64,000 nucleotides of DNA, taken from an uncultured Verrucomicrobiae bacterium (lineage in GTDB: Bacteria > Verrucomicrobiota > Verrucomicrobiia > Limisphaerales > JAFGQR01). The stretch is from positions 1 through 64,000 of the forward strand of contig CAWBHS010000050.1 in the NCBI GenBank assembly GCA_963788655.1, in the 5' to 3' direction. This document shows, piece by piece, positions 32,593 to 44,496 of this stretch. Below the pieces are notes generated by a model. That model saw only the letters and a list, made by a program, of their open reading frames with translations. It searched no databases and was not told the origin of the DNA. Each line of letters begins with the position of its first letter. The first letter of the stretch is position 1. The position numbers and the translations under genes were made by a program.

Positions 32593-33963
32593 ATGAAACA
32601 CTTACTTCGCCAACTCCTGGTCATCCTGCCGCTGGCCGTTTCCGCCTCTGCGGCCGACGCCGTCAAACACCCGAATCTTCTCTGGCTCATCTCCGAGGAC
32701 ATGGGGCCGGAAGCGTTGAGCTGCTCCGGCACGCCGCAGGTCTGGACGCCCATTCTCGACCAACTTGCGCAGGACGGCGTACGCTTCAGTCGCGCCTACA
32801 CGACGGCTCCGGTTTGTTCGCCGTCACGCAGCGCGTTCATGACCGGTATGTACCAGACCACTATCGGCGCGCATAATCACCGGTCGCACCGCAAGGATGG
32901 CTACAAGCTGCCGGAAGGCGTGCGCCTGCTCACGGATCGCTTGCGGGACGCGGGATATTTCACGGCGAACATCCGGCAGTTGCCGGCCAGTTGCGGCTTC
33001 AAAGGCACCGGCAAAACGGATTGGAACTTCACCTACCAGGGCAAGCCGTTTGACTCGGCCAAGTGGGCGGACCTTAAAACACACCAACCGTTTTATGCGC
33101 AAATCAATTTCCACGAAACGCACCGCAAGTTTAACGCGCCGGCCAAGGCCGATCCGGCCAAGGTCGTCATCCCGCCGTATTATCCCGATACGCCGGTGGT
33201 GCGGAAGGACTGGGCACAATACCTCGACACCGCCACGGAACTGGACCGCAAGATCGGCCGGATTCTCAAGCAACTCGAAACCGACGATTTGGCGGACAAC
33301 ACGGTGGTAGTCTTTTTCGGCGACAACGGCCAGGCGCACGCGCGGGGCAAGCAGTTCTGTTACGAAGAAGGATTGCACGTGCCGATGATCATCCGTTGGC
33401 CGAAGGGCCTGCCGGCGCCGCAACAAATCAAGCCTGGCCGGGTGGACGACCAATTCATCGAGGCGATTGATTTTGCTCCGACCATGCTCGCTCTCGCCGG
33501 ATTACCGAAGCCCGCGGGGATGCAAGGACGAATCTTTCTGGGCGATCATGCCGAGGCGCCGCGCCAATACGCCTTTGGCGCCCGCGATCGCTGCGACGAA
33601 ACGGTGATGCGCATCCGCACCGTCCGCGACCCGCGCTACCGTTACATTCGGAACTTCACGCCGGAAACGCCATTCCTTGCCACCAATGCCTACAAGGAAC
33701 GCTCCTATCCCGTCTGGAATTTGCTCAAGGAACTACACGCCCAGGGCAAACTCACACCCGCCCAAGAGTTCCTTTGCCAGCCCCGCATGCCCGACGAGGA
33801 ACTGTATGATCTCCAAACCGATCCCGACGAAATTCACAACCTGGCCACTTCCGACCAACCGGAGCACCAGGCCGAACTCAAGAAATTGCGGGCGGTGTTG
33901 GAGCAGTGGATTCGCGATACCGACGACCAAGGCCGCATTCCTGAGGCCCAGCCTGAGAAATAG
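32593..33963 (+). CDS. sulfatase
   Basis: Signal peptide, PNLLWLISEDMG, CSPSR formylglycine motif, GDNG, ELYDL..DP.E. Confidence 0.93.
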   Translation: MKHLLRQLLVILPLAVSASAADAVKHPNLLWLISEDMGPEALSCSGTPQVWTPILDQLAQDGVRFSRAYTTAPVCSPSRSAFMTGMYQTTIGAHNHRSHRKDGYKLPEGVRLLTDRLRDAGYFTANIRQLPASCGFKGTGKTDWNFTYQGKPFDSAKWADLKTHQPFYAQINFHETHRKFNAPAKADPAKVVIPPYYPDTPVVRKDWAQYLDTATELDRKIGRILKQLETDDLADNTVVVFFGDNGQAHARGKQFCYEEGLHVPMIIRWPKGLPAPQQIKPGRVDDQFIEAIDFAPTMLALAGLPKPAGMQGRIFLGDHAEAPRQYAFGARDRCDETVMRIRTVRDPRYRYIRNFTPETPFLATNAYKERSYPVWNLLKELHAQGKLTPAQEFLCQPRMPDEELYDLQTDPDEIHNLATSDQPEHQAELKKLRAVLEQWIRDTDDQGRIPEAQPEK

Positions 33964-34218
33964 ATTGGCCCTCTGTTCGACTGGACACTGGGAATTACTC
34001 CTGCGCTCTAATCTGTGGCCGCGGATAGGTGGAGCGAGACTCCGCTGAGACCCGACTTCTCCGTGTTGCATCTGCCGCCCCGGCTGCGTCCACGCGGAAA
34101 GCTGAATTCAGCAATTGGCTTTCTTTCGGTTTTCGGCCTTCGGTCTTCGGTTCTTTGGAAACGAAGACCTCGGCTTGGCGCTTGAAAAACCACCGGCCGT
34201 GCCGTTCAATGCCCGGCC

Positions 34219-35829
34219 ATGGAAACACGCGAAAGCCTTGCGGCCTTGGCGACGACGGCCCAGCCCCCGAAGGAAGGCTCCCGACGCCGGCGGCGGTTGC
34301 GGGCGCGGGACATTCAACTCTACCGGCTGTGTGAAGATCTCACCAGCGTGTTGATTTATTTCATGGTGATCTTCAGTCCGTGGGCATTTGGCACCACGCA
34401 AGTCTGGTCGATGTGGGTGATGAATGTCGTCGGTTACGCCACCGGATTCCTCTTGGCGATTAAATTGGTGATCCGCCGTCTCAAAGGCTATCAACCCGCG
34501 CGGTGGGACACGGAGATTCCCGATCGTCGGGCCTTCTTTTTTCAGATCAAGCTGTTGCGTCCCGCCCAGCTCACCGGGTTGCTGGCGGTGCTCACGGTTG
34601 CGGTGCTGGGATATTGTCTGGTCAGCGCCCTGAATGCGCGCTCGACCTATGTGCGCGACCAGTTCAGTTTTGAATACCACCAGTTCATCTCGTGGCTGCC
34701 GCACAGTTTCGATAGTGCCCGGAGCTGGTTCTATTTTTGGAACTATCTCAGCCTGGCGTGCGGGTTCTGGGCCTTGTGCGATTGGTTGCTGGGCAAGTCG
34801 CATCGCGAAGAACGCGCCGAGCACTTGAAGACCCTTCCTCCCGACAAGAAGTCAGCACCATTGCTGCCGGCGCGCATGCGGACGTTGCTCTGGGTGCTGT
34901 GCGTGAACGGTGGTTTGTTGGCGGTGGAAAGCATCGTGCAACGACTGGATAATTCGGGCCGGCTGCTGTGGCTGATCCAACCGAAGGTCAATCCCGGCGC
35001 GGAAGCCCAATTTGGTCCCTTCGCCTATCGGGGCAACGCTTCGCAATATTTTAATCTGCTTTGGCCCGTCTGCCTGGGATTCTGGTGGATGTTGCACCGA
35101 TCCGGGGGCTTCAAACGCAAAGGGCATCACGTTTTGCTGGTGTGCGGGGCGCTGATGGCCGCTTGCCCGTTCATCTCGACGAGCCGCGGCGGCGCACTGG
35201 TGGCGGCGAGCATCATGCTGCTGGCGGGGCCTTTGCTGTTTGCCTCGCAACTCTGGCGGGCCGCGCGTCATCCCGAAGGCCGCCGGACTCCGATGTTGAC
35301 CTCGGTGGTGTTACTGTTCTTTTTTGCCTCGGCCGCCGGCTTGGGCATTTACCTCGGGTGGCAACGCCTTAAGCCGCGGATGGAACAGATTGACGTGGAC
35401 TTTCAGGGGCGTGAGAAAATGTATGAGCTGGCTTGGCCCATGGCCCAGGATTATCCGGTGTACGGCACCGGACCGGGAACGTTCGAGCCGCTGTTCCAAT
35501 TCTATCGGCCAACGCTCGACACCTATTGGCCTGCCCAGTTGCACAATGATTACCTGGAAACGCTCATTACGTTCGGCGCGGTCGGCTGCGCACTGATTGC
35601 GCTGGCGTTGGGAACGGTGCTCGTGCGCTGGTTTACGCCGGGAGGCATCCACGGTGGACGGCGGTTTGTGATTCTTCTTTGGCTCGCGCTGGGCGGGTGT
35701 CTGGTTCATGCGCGATGGGATTTTCCGTTCCAGATCTATTCCATTGTGTTCCTGTTCCTGGCGCTGTGCGCGTTCCTGTTCAATCTCTCGCGCCACCCTG
35801 AGGGACGCAGTCTGGCGCGGACAGCCTAA
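34219..35829 (+). CDS. O-antigen ligase family membrane protein
   Basis: Multi-TM; FGPFAYRG, SRGG, GTGPGTF, LHNDYLE. Confidence 0.85.
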   Translation: METRESLAALATTAQPPKEGSRRRRRLRARDIQLYRLCEDLTSVLIYFMVIFSPWAFGTTQVWSMWVMNVVGYATGFLLAIKLVIRRLKGYQPARWDTEIPDRRAFFFQIKLLRPAQLTGLLAVLTVAVLGYCLVSALNARSTYVRDQFSFEYHQFISWLPHSFDSARSWFYFWNYLSLACGFWALCDWLLGKSHREERAEHLKTLPPDKKSAPLLPARMRTLLWVLCVNGGLLAVESIVQRLDNSGRLLWLIQPKVNPGAEAQFGPFAYRGNASQYFNLLWPVCLGFWWMLHRSGGFKRKGHHVLLVCGALMAACPFISTSRGGALVAASIMLLAGPLLFASQLWRAARHPEGRRTPMLTSVVLLFFFASAAGLGIYLGWQRLKPRMEQIDVDFQGREKMYELAWPMAQDYPVYGTGPGTFEPLFQFYRPTLDTYWPAQLHNDYLETLITFGAVGCALIALALGTVLVRWFTPGGIHGGRRFVILLWLALGGCLVHARWDFPFQIYSIVFLFLALCAFLFNLSRHPEGRSLARTA

Positions 35830-35944
35830 ACGGTCCACGCCCGGGTGGTCATGGTGGGAAACGGCTTTGAAGATGCCCCGAGGCGCGTTAAAGTAGAGAG
35901 GTCCAATCAAACGGCTTCCCATCAAGCCGAGTTTCAATCACGAA

Positions 35945-36847
35945 ATGTCAAATTTGCGGAACATATTCCTGGGCATGTTCGGCGCGATGGCCGCGGTGGT
36001 GGCGGTCGCGGCGGCTCCCGCACCGGACGATGAACCGGTGTTGCAGGGCACCGGATTGTGCCGGTTCGTCTTAGGACCACTATGTCCTGAGTTCCAGAAC
36101 GGAAGCGGCCATCAATGCCGTCGTCAAGCGGGCCCTGGAGCAACATCGGGCGGCGTTCGGGTTTCGCGTCCTTCGAGATTTCCATCCCCGCATCCGCATC
36201 TTTGGACGCTACGAGGATTACGAACGGTTTACCCTGGCGCTGGGGCCGCGAACTCAGTCTGGCGATTGACGCGGGAGAGCGTCACGAACCTGCACGGTTA
36301 CTACTTTCACCCAACCCGGGAGGTGATCACCTGGCGGCAAGACCAGGCGGATTACCTGGGCAACAATATCCTCCACGAAGTCAGCCACGCGATCATGTTT
36401 GCGCATTACGAGCGCGTTCCCACGTGGTTGGCAGAGGGCTGCGCGACCTATTTCTCCTACCCGCGGAACATGCAGGATTCGCACGACGTGGGGTCGCTCA
36501 AATACCGCTGGGCCAGGCTCAATCTCTGGTTGCGCCACGGAAAGCTGCCGGCGCTCAAAACGTTCGTGGACCTCGACGACACCGCCTGGCACAAGCTGGA
36601 TACCGATCTGGCCTACGCGGTGAGCTGGTCGTTCTTTCAATATTTGATGAGCACCGCGCGCAACAAATGGATGCTACGGGACTTTTTTCAGGAATTGCAG
36701 GCCGAACGGGGACCGCAAATGCACTGCGCGGCGCTGCTGGATAAACGATATCCCGGTGGGCTGAAACGCATCGAACAGGAGTGGCACACCTGGATCGCCC
36801 GCGCCGGGCGTCGAAGGTGCTCGGGCCACATTTCGAAGAGATCCTGA
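35945..36847 (+). CDS. secreted zincin-like protein (DUF1570-like), frameshifted
   Basis: Signal peptide; LHEVSH..PTWLAEG.ATYF; YAVSWSF. Confidence 0.65.
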   Translation: MSNLRNIFLGMFGAMAAVVAVAAAPAPDDEPVLQGTGLCRFVLGPLCPEFQNGSGHQCRRQAGPGATSGGVRVSRPSRFPSPHPHLWTLRGLRTVYPGAGAANSVWRLTRESVTNLHGYYFHPTREVITWRQDQADYLGNNILHEVSHAIMFAHYERVPTWLAEGCATYFSYPRNMQDSHDVGSLKYRWARLNLWLRHGKLPALKTFVDLDDTAWHKLDTDLAYAVSWSFFQYLMSTARNKWMLRDFFQELQAERGPQMHCAALLDKRYPGGLKRIEQEWHTWIARAGRRRCSGHISKRS

Positions 36848-36906
36848 AACGAGTTAAGAAGGATACTGATTCATAGAGCGCCTTGTGGCCAGGCCAACCC
36901 AACCCC

Positions 36907-37020
36907 GGTAGGGCGAGACTCCGTCGAGCCCTGAATTCTCCGAAGCACCAGCGGTGATCAAGTGACTGACGAATGGGAAAGCCTGTAGCGTTCGAAGTTC
37001 AGGGCTCGACGGAGTCTCCC
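36907..37020. repeat. GTAG REP inverted pair between convergent genes
   Basis: GGTAGGGCGAGACTCCGTCGAGCCCTGAA ... TTCAGGGCTCGACGGAGTCTC. Confidence 0.85.
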
Positions 37021-37117
37021 CGCGATGCCAGTACCATGTATCCGACAGCATCAGGACAGTCAGGCTGACGATCCGGCATACCGGCATCCGGCATCCGAGC
37101 ATCCTTCCTCCAGCTTC

Positions 37118-38086
37118 CTACGCCATCCACTCACGCTGGCGATTTTGCGTTTCGCGCACGCAGGTCAGTGCGAGCTTCACGTTTTGTTCGACTTGAAAAT
37201 CGAACATCCCCACGCAGATGAAGTCCGCGCCGTTCTCGAACGCGTAACGAAAACCGGACTCGGGTTGGATGGCTCCGGCGGCCAGCACTTTGAAAGCGAT
37301 CCAGGGCTTCTCCACCGTCTGCATGAACCGGATGGTATCCTCGGGTTGCATGGACCAATAGTTGTCCGCCGCGTTATCCACCACGTTGGCGTGCTGATCC
37401 GAGCGGCGCGCAGACCAATACTTGGAGTGGTGGAGCGTCTTCACATAGAACTCGGCGCCATACTTGTTCTTTTCGGACTGCTGGATGACTTCCAGTTGGT
37501 GCGCCCCAATCCCGGCCGGCACGCCCTGCGATTTGATGAACTCGACGCAGTTGCCCAGCAGGTCCAGTTTGCCTTGCTGTAGCCAGCGATCCGAGATGAC
37601 CCCCTGGACGTAAACCGCGGAGGCGCCGAAATCGATGGACTGTTTGATGTTCGTCTTCCAATCGTCCAAGCCTGGATGCCCTTCAGCGATCCACTGGATT
37701 TTGCCGCCGCGCTCCTTCCAGTAACGCTCAAAGATGGTCATCGGCTTCTTGCGCGGATCGGCGAGGATGGTATTGACGCCGTGCTCCTCGAGCAACTGGA
37801 GCGTATCGATCACCTTGTCGTCCGAATTGTAAGCGCGCATGAGTGACGCGACATAATGCAGGTCACGGGAGTGCGACCATCCGCTGATCAAGTTGCCGCC
37901 GGAAATCATCCGACTGACCTTCAGCTTGCCAATCCGGCCCATCGGCAGCGAGGCCTTGGAGGCAAAAGCTACCTTGGGATTGGCGGACGGGGCAGCGGTT
38001 TCAGCCGCCTGCGCAGCGACGCCGGCTCCGGCAGAAGCCAACATGGAGTTCTTGATAAAACGACGACGGTTCAACTTGGAGTTCAT
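37118..38086 (-). CDS. Tat-exported aldo/keto-reductase-like protein
   Basis: NRRRFIK signal; VSRMISGGN, PWIAFKVLAAG. Confidence 0.7.
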   Translation of the reverse strand: MNSKLNRRRFIKNSMLASAGAGVAAQAAETAAPSANPKVAFASKASLPMGRIGKLKVSRMISGGNLISGWSHSRDLHYVASLMRAYNSDDKVIDTLQLLEEHGVNTILADPRKKPMTIFERYWKERGGKIQWIAEGHPGLDDWKTNIKQSIDFGASAVYVQGVISDRWLQQGKLDLLGNCVEFIKSQGVPAGIGAHQLEVIQQSEKNKYGAEFYVKTLHHSKYWSARRSDQHANVVDNAADNYWSMQPEDTIRFMQTVEKPWIAFKVLAAGAIQPESGFRYAFENGADFICVGMFDFQVEQNVKLALTCVRETQNRQREWMA

Positions 38087-38143
38087 GGTCCGCTTTTAAC
38101 GCTGCGCACGGGTTTTGTAAAGTTCATTCATGGAGCCAGCGGC

Positions 38144-39463
38144 TTACTGGCTGGCTTTGCGCAGCTTGAAATGCCGGTCGGCGAAGTTCAGGTATTGCTC
38201 CCAGTCGAAAGCCGTAACGTCATGCTTGCCGCTGCGGATGTGATAGCGGATGAACGTGCCCACCGGTTGGTTCAGCCCGGGCATGTTCTTGACGCCCAAG
38301 CCCGCTTCGCCGAACAAACGATAGACCGGCTCGGCACCCTGCGCGGCCAGGAACTCGCCGTGGGGATCGGACCATTGGTCGCCCTCCGCGCTGGCGATAT
38401 AAACCGGCCGCGGAGCAATCAGCGCAATGAGTTCGTGCTGGTCCACCGGCAGATTGGCTTCCCGGCTGTTGTAGTTTTTGAAATTGCCACAGAACCAGTG
38501 CGGGAACGACGTATTGATCCGTTCCACCGTTTCGCCGAAAGCCCGGCGGCTCAAGGCGGCGCCCCCGCAACCGGATTCATTCGAGATCACCATGGCAAAC
38601 CGTTCGTCCTGCGCTCCCGCCCACAGGGCAGTTTTACCCAGGCGCGAATGGCCGATGAGCGCCATCCGTTTGCTGTCAATGTCACCGTCGCGTTGCAGGT
38701 AATCCATGGCGCGACTCAATCCGTAGGCCCAGGCGCCAATCGCGCCCCAGTCGTCGTTCTTAAACTTGGTGTCTCCTCCCTTGCCCAAAGTCCCGCGCAG
38801 GCCATTCTTCCAACCGGTGGCGTAGTCGGGTTCCAGGTCGCCGTAATACATGGTCACCAAGCCGTAACCGCGGGCGAGCACCGTCTCCAACTGCCAACGG
38901 CTGGCCGCGCTGCCGCGGGAAGCTTCCGTCGCCCGGTTCTTTTCCACGCCCGCGTTGGGTTTGGGCCGCATCCAGCCCTCGGACAACTTGATGCCGGGAT
39001 CGGCGCAGATCGTGTGGTTGCCGCCAAAGTTCATGCCGATAAAAGCCGGCACTGGCCGCGCGGCGCTCTTGGGAAAATAAATGAGCACGTCCATCGTGGG
39101 GCCGCCTAGCTTGTCCGTCAGCGCCACGGTGATTTCCTTGCGCACTGCCTTGCCCCCCAACGCGTCGGCATCTACTGAGGTCACCACGAAGTCCAATTGC
39201 TTCGGTCGTTGGGGACTGCGGCCATAGACGTAAGTCTCGAACAATTCCAGGAGTTCCGGCCGCCGCTTTTTGAGCCACGTTTTCTGATCCTTGACCGGTT
39301 GGCCATTCAATCGCACCAGCGGATCCGGCAGCGTGTAGGCAGGCACTTTGGCTTCGTCGTAATTAGCATTGGCGGCTTGCAGCGATGGCAGCGGACACGT
39401 CGCCAGGAGCGCACCGGAAGCGATGATAATTCCGAGACTTCGGCAGAAAGAGGTCGAGTTCAT
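38144..39463 (-). CDS. CE15 glucuronoyl-esterase-like protein
   Basis: [44 protein letters not shown]. Confidence 0.88.
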   Translation of the reverse strand: MNSTSFCRSLGIIIASGALLATCPLPSLQAANANYDEAKVPAYTLPDPLVRLNGQPVKDQKTWLKKRRPELLELFETYVYGRSPQRPKQLDFVVTSVDADALGGKAVRKEITVALTDKLGGPTMDVLIYFPKSAARPVPAFIGMNFGGNHTICADPGIKLSEGWMRPKPNAGVEKNRATEASRGSAASRWQLETVLARGYGLVTMYYGDLEPDYATGWKNGLRGTLGKGGDTKFKNDDWGAIGAWAYGLSRAMDYLQRDGDIDSKRMALIGHSRLGKTALWAGAQDERFAMVISNESGCGGAALSRRAFGETVERINTSFPHWFCGNFKNYNSREANLPVDQHELIALIAPRPVYIASAEGDQWSDPHGEFLAAQGAEPVYRLFGEAGLGVKNMPGLNQPVGTFIRYHIRSGKHDVTAFDWEQYLNFADRHFKLRKASQ

Positions 39464-39571
39464 GGACGCAAGGCTAAGCAGCGCCGTCCGGAAGTGCAAG
39501 CTGTCAAAATCGTGCTGCCGGCATCTTGCCGGCAGTTCGGAACAAAGCGTTCGAACGAAAACCAAATTGGC

Positions 39572-39712
39572 AATGACCATTGACCAATGACCAAATCCCA
39601 GAGAATGACCAAGCCTCAAGTCCCAATGGAATCCGCGGACGAGCCTCCGACGCGGGATGGTGCTTAGGATTTGGGAATTCCCTGGTGCTTGGTCATTGGA
39701 ACTTGGTCATTG
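39572..39712. repeat. inverted clusters of heptamer repeats
   Basis: AATGACC units on the left and GGTCATT units on the right. Confidence 0.6.
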
Positions 39713-39729
39713 AAGTTCCTGCCAGTCAT

Positions 39730-40617
39730 TCACGGCTTCAAACGGATCACCGCTTCCACCGGGTAGTGGTCAGAGGGATAACGTCCGCCGTCATTCGTGT
39801 AATCGATCATGGCGTTCAATGTGGCAAACTCAGGCGTGTGAATGATCCAATCGATCCGGCTGCCCGCGCGCCCACCGGTCCACCCGTGAAAGGACGCTTC
39901 GTTGGGCGAACGCTCCGGATGGATGACCCGAAAGCTGTCCACAAATTCAGGGCCGCCGAAGCCCTTTCCCTTGACCAGCACCTGGTAGGGTTGGCCGTCT
40001 TCCGTCGTATTGAAATCACCGCACAGAATGCCGGGATATTGTCCGGCCAGTTCCGCCGCCTTCCGACGTATCAATTTGGCGGACTCGATCCGCGCCTGCA
40101 CACCGCGATGATCGAAATGCACATTGGCAAACACAAAGGGTTGCCCATCGCCACGCCGGTCGCGCAAGACCACCCAGGACAACATGCGCGTCAGCGCGGT
40201 GTCCCAGCTTTTGCTTCCCGGCACCTCGGGCGTTTCGCTCAACCAAAAGAAGCCCGAATCCACGAGTTCGAAACGATTGGTCTTGAACATGACCGGCACG
40301 AATTCGCCCTGGTTGGAGCCGTCCTCGCGGCCGACGCCGTGAAATGCATAGCCGGGCAACTGGTCGCGCAAAAAGGCCGCCTGAAAATCCAACACCTCCT
40401 GCGTGCCCAGCAAATCCGGATCAAACGTCTTGATGGTTTGCACGACCAGTTCCCGGCGCAGCGGCCAGTTGTTGGTGCCGTCCTTGGCCTGGCCATAACG
40501 GATGTTGAAACTCATGACTTTAATCGGTGGATTCGCCGCGGCTCCGTTCGTCACGCTGGTCAACCAAACTGCGGTTGCCACCAAGCCCGCAAATACTACG
40601 AGAATCGAGTGCTTCAT
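39730..40617 (-). CDS. endonuclease/exonuclease/phosphatase family protein
   Basis: MSFNIRY, LGTQE, CGDFN, RIDWI, PSDHYPV. Confidence 0.9.
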   Translation of the reverse strand: MKHSILVVFAGLVATAVWLTSVTNGAAANPPIKVMSFNIRYGQAKDGTNNWPLRRELVVQTIKTFDPDLLGTQEVLDFQAAFLRDQLPGYAFHGVGREDGSNQGEFVPVMFKTNRFELVDSGFFWLSETPEVPGSKSWDTALTRMLSWVVLRDRRGDGQPFVFANVHFDHRGVQARIESAKLIRRKAAELAGQYPGILCGDFNTTEDGQPYQVLVKGKGFGGPEFVDSFRVIHPERSPNEASFHGWTGGRAGSRIDWIIHTPEFATLNAMIDYTNDGGRYPSDHYPVEAVIRLKP

Positions 40618-41203
40618 GATCATCCAGGCACGATAGAGAATGCCTTGGTCCGACTCAAACAAATCGCGTCCGGCAATCGTCGCGTGGAATCGCGACCGAA
40701 TCGACTCGGTGCGATGGTCTGGTGTCTGTCCCAGACCATTGCGCTTTGTCCAAGAACAAGACACGGCCCGGCCTTGATTTGTTGACACTCCTCCGTCGTG
40801 GCCTTGACCCAGTAAAATGTTTGGCCCGCCCTGTAGAATATTTTCGCGGGAATGCCCCGTATTCAGCACAGTTCGCCGCAGAAAAATCACGTTCTCACAA
40901 GGGTGGCATCGTCGCTGCTAAAAGGTTGATCGTGCGGTAAATGACTAGTGCTTTAAGCGGGTAGAATTTTCGGCTCATTGGACCACGCACCTCACTCTGA
41001 GCCTCCCGGCGCAAATGCTGGACCCCCTTCTACCCGCTTTTTGCTTTTGGGGGAAGGCGCTGGCAGTCCAAGTAACGAAGCAATCCAGAACGCACGCTAA
41101 CACTCTCACGAAACATTCACGCCACTTTAACTCAGGCGCAGCACGTTTGGTGTCACCCCGTAAGCGGTGAAACAAGCAGGCCCACAACTACTGGACTACC
41201 ACG

Positions 41204-43982
41204 TCACTGAAGACAAACCACGCTGCCATTTTCCAGCGCGGCGTAAATGCGTCCGTAGGCCGCGGCCAAACCGTCATACACGGTAGGCGCAGCCAGTTTG
41301 AAACTGTTGTCTCCAGTTTTCAACTCGCCCTTCAAGGTGGCGGTCAGCAGCGTTCCATTGGCTTCCAACACTGCGGCATCCTTGGTGGTGCCCTTGTAAA
41401 TTCTGCCGGCATCAAAAACTGCCGGCGGCTTGGTAATCCACCGCCTTGGTCTGGCGAATGCCGTAGCCCCACAAACCTCGGGGCACGGCGAGACCGGGTG
41501 CGGCGTAATCCAGACTGCCCAAGGCGAGGTGGCAATCGCCATTCAGTGGATTGAATTGCCAACGCGACATGGCGACCAAGGGACCGTCTTTGACCAGCAT
41601 ATCGATACACTCAAAGTCGAGGCCCACCTTTTGTCGCAGAGCGCTGTTGGTCGTGGGCAGCAGCATGCCATACCATCCTTTAAGATCGAGTTGGTTGATG
41701 TTCGTCTGCCAAATCAGCTCACCGCTGCCGGTCTTGAGCGCACCCACGTAGATACCGGTTTCAGACCGCGGGTGCCGGCCCGCGGCAAAGTAGGCAATCC
41801 CGTCCGCGACCAGCACGCTGCCGGGGACCGGCCACGGCGATTCCATCTGGCCATACGCGGGAATTCGTGCCTCGCCGGGCGCCGCTCGAAATTGCCACGC
41901 CAATTCCCCGTTGGCGGCGTTCAGGCAATACACGTTGCCATCGTGCGCGCCAAACAGGCATAAGCCATCGGCAAGGGTTGGCGGAGTGTCAATGCGTCCA
42001 CCCGCCGTGAAGCTCCATAGCGGTTTACCGGATTGGGCGTCCAGGGCCACCACGCGATGCTCGTCCGGCGCGGCCACGATCACGCGGTTGCCGGCCACCA
42101 CCGGCGGTGTCACTGGGCTGCGGACGAAAGGATTGTCGCGCCACTCTCCCTCGAGGGCGTTGGACTTGGTCAACGTCACTTGGGCTGTCCATTTCGGTTG
42201 CCAGGAAGCGCTCGCCAGTTTCATCGACGTGCTGCCGCTCCGGAAGGGGTCATGCCGGTACATCGGCCATTCATCGGCCGGGCCGGGACCGGATTGCCGG
42301 GCGGCGGACTGGCCGAATGCCGGTCCCTTTTTCAACCGCGGACCTTCGGTCACGGTCGGGGTCAACGTCGGACTCAATCCCATGTAACCGCGGAGCATGG
42401 GAAAACATTCACACTGGACGGGGAAGGTGTTGAGCAAGCCGTTCGCGGGGATGAACGGCAGTCGGCAGGCGCTCTTGAACATGCGCGCTTGCTCCTGGAT
42501 GCCGGAGCTCAGGTCGGTGAATTCGCACTCGGGCGCGATGAAGAACCGCTCGGTGGCCACGGGCGTGGCGCAGTGTTTGCCGCGGCTGCCCCATTCCTGC
42601 TGCTGTTGGCCGGTGCGAGGATCCAGTCCGGCGATGGTGTTTTTTCCCATTTGCAGCCAGAGCAGATCCTGCGCGAAAAAGCCGCGCGCTTCCTGGTAAT
42701 GGGTCTGGTCCGTGCGATAATCGCGGTGCCACAGCAACTGGCCATCCTTCCCGGAATAGACCAGCACCCCGCAACCTTCAGGATCATTGCGCCACGTGGA
42801 TTTTTCCAGGACCAGACAGCCCTGGCCGTAGGTGACCGTGGACGCCGGAATGGCCTGCTCGTCGAGAGTGCGCCAGCGTTCCTGGCCGGTTTCCACGTCA
42901 AAGCTGGCCACCACATTGCTCGCCAAACAAAAGAGACTGCCATCGCCGGCGACGATACGTTCGGCGGTGATCGGCACTTCCCATTTGAGACTTTGCGACG
43001 GCAGGTAATAAGCGCGCACGACATCCTGGTCCGAAACCACCAGGGTGTTGCCTTCGACCAACAATTCCCGGGGCTTGGTGACGGCGCCCAATTCGGAGGC
43101 AGTTTGGCCGGTAGCCGCGTCGAGCGCCATCAACTTGCCTTCGGCGGCCACATAGACGCGGTCGCCCACCGCCACGGGCCGGACTTTCGAGGTGCGCGAA
43201 CCGAGCTTGGCTTTGGCTTGCAGAAAGCTCGGCACCGGTACACCGGTTTCCCGAAAGGAGTAGGCCTTGATCTTTCGTTTCCAAAGCAGCGATCCGTTGA
43301 ACGCGTCGCGAGCGGTCATTTCGTTTTCGTAGGTATAGAAGTTCCGTCCGTTCGCGGAAACGAGCACATGATCGTAATACCATTTCTTGCCATAAGGATC
43401 CTGCGCCGGTCCGGCCACCCAGCGTAATCCCTTGGGCACCCCGACGGCCAGGTCGCGCGAAACCATGTTGCCGTCCGCGCCGTGCCGCCAATGGGTCCAT
43501 TCGTCAAACGCCGCCGGCCAGAGTTTGTGGAGTTCGGTCCAGTCGTTACCGTGGCGAATCCAGGCGGTGCCGTTGGGAACCAGCACACGTTTGAGTTCAG
43601 CTTCCGAAATCTTGCCGGGATTCTCCGCTACCAGCACGTTAATCACGTTGTCCGGGTAGGGCAATTGCGCGGCGGTCCATTGCTCGACGGAAACCACGCC
43701 ATAAATCCCACGTTGCTGCAAGGCTTCGCGGGCGACGCTGACGTTGTGCGGATTGCTCTCCAAAGCGTGGACGAGCAATTTGCCGCCTGCGGCCAATCGC
43801 GCCGAGAGTTCCCCCTCGCCGCAACCCAGGTGGACACAGATGCCGCGAGTGCCGTTCACCGCGCGAAGCATGGCACTCAATGAGGCGGTGCCTTGAGCCG
43901 GCACGCTGTCGGCGGAAGCCAGCAGCAGCGCCGCGACCGTCAAAATCAATGAGAACCGAAGACCACGAAACCAGTTATTCAT
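41204..43982 (-). CDS. methyltransferase-like + PQQ-binding beta-propeller protein (frameshift near C-terminus)
   Basis: VHLGCGEG, EWTHWRHG, WPMYRHD..RSG, MESPWPV.GSVL; tail PTVYDGLAAAYGR. Confidence 0.8.
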
Positions 43983-44075
43983 ATACTCAAGTAGCAGGTG
44001 TTTTCAGACGGCCGACCTTAAGCCATTGAGCCGAAGAGTCAACCCAGGGAAAAATGGCTCGCGGCGGGTGAAGGG

Positions 44076-44496
44076 GTGGCATATCACGAAGTGGACGGTC
44101 GTAACCATGGCAGCGGCGAGTTGAACCGAGCCGGGGGCGACCTCGATAAGTTCCGGAAGGATGAGAATGTGGACATCTCTTACACCAACGATGATTGGGA
44201 CAACAGCAGGTTTAATCGGGTGCCCCAGGAACTTGGACGGCTTTACCTGGGTTGGACCGCGCCGGGCGAATGGGTCCGCTACACGGTCAACATCGAACGC
44301 TCCGGCACGTACACGGTGGGCGTGATGTTTACCGCTCGTTATGCCGGTTCAATTCAGTTGGAATGCGATGGTCAGCCGGCGGGTGATCCCATTCGGCTGA
44401 CCTCAACCGCCGATGATCGCGATGAACGGCGCAATTGGCATCATTGGAACTACCATGAAGAGAAGAGCGCCATCAAACTGCCGGCTGGCCGCCATA
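44076..44496 (+). pseudogene. CBM6/35-like fragment
   Basis: YLGWTAPGEWVRYTVNI...GTY; lacks an evident start and is cut by the convergent gene. Confidence 0.55.

Noticed and set aside
40900..41200. Possible ncRNA or riboswitch in intergenic DNA
   Set aside because: No recognisable conserved structure by eye; an Rfam search would be needed.
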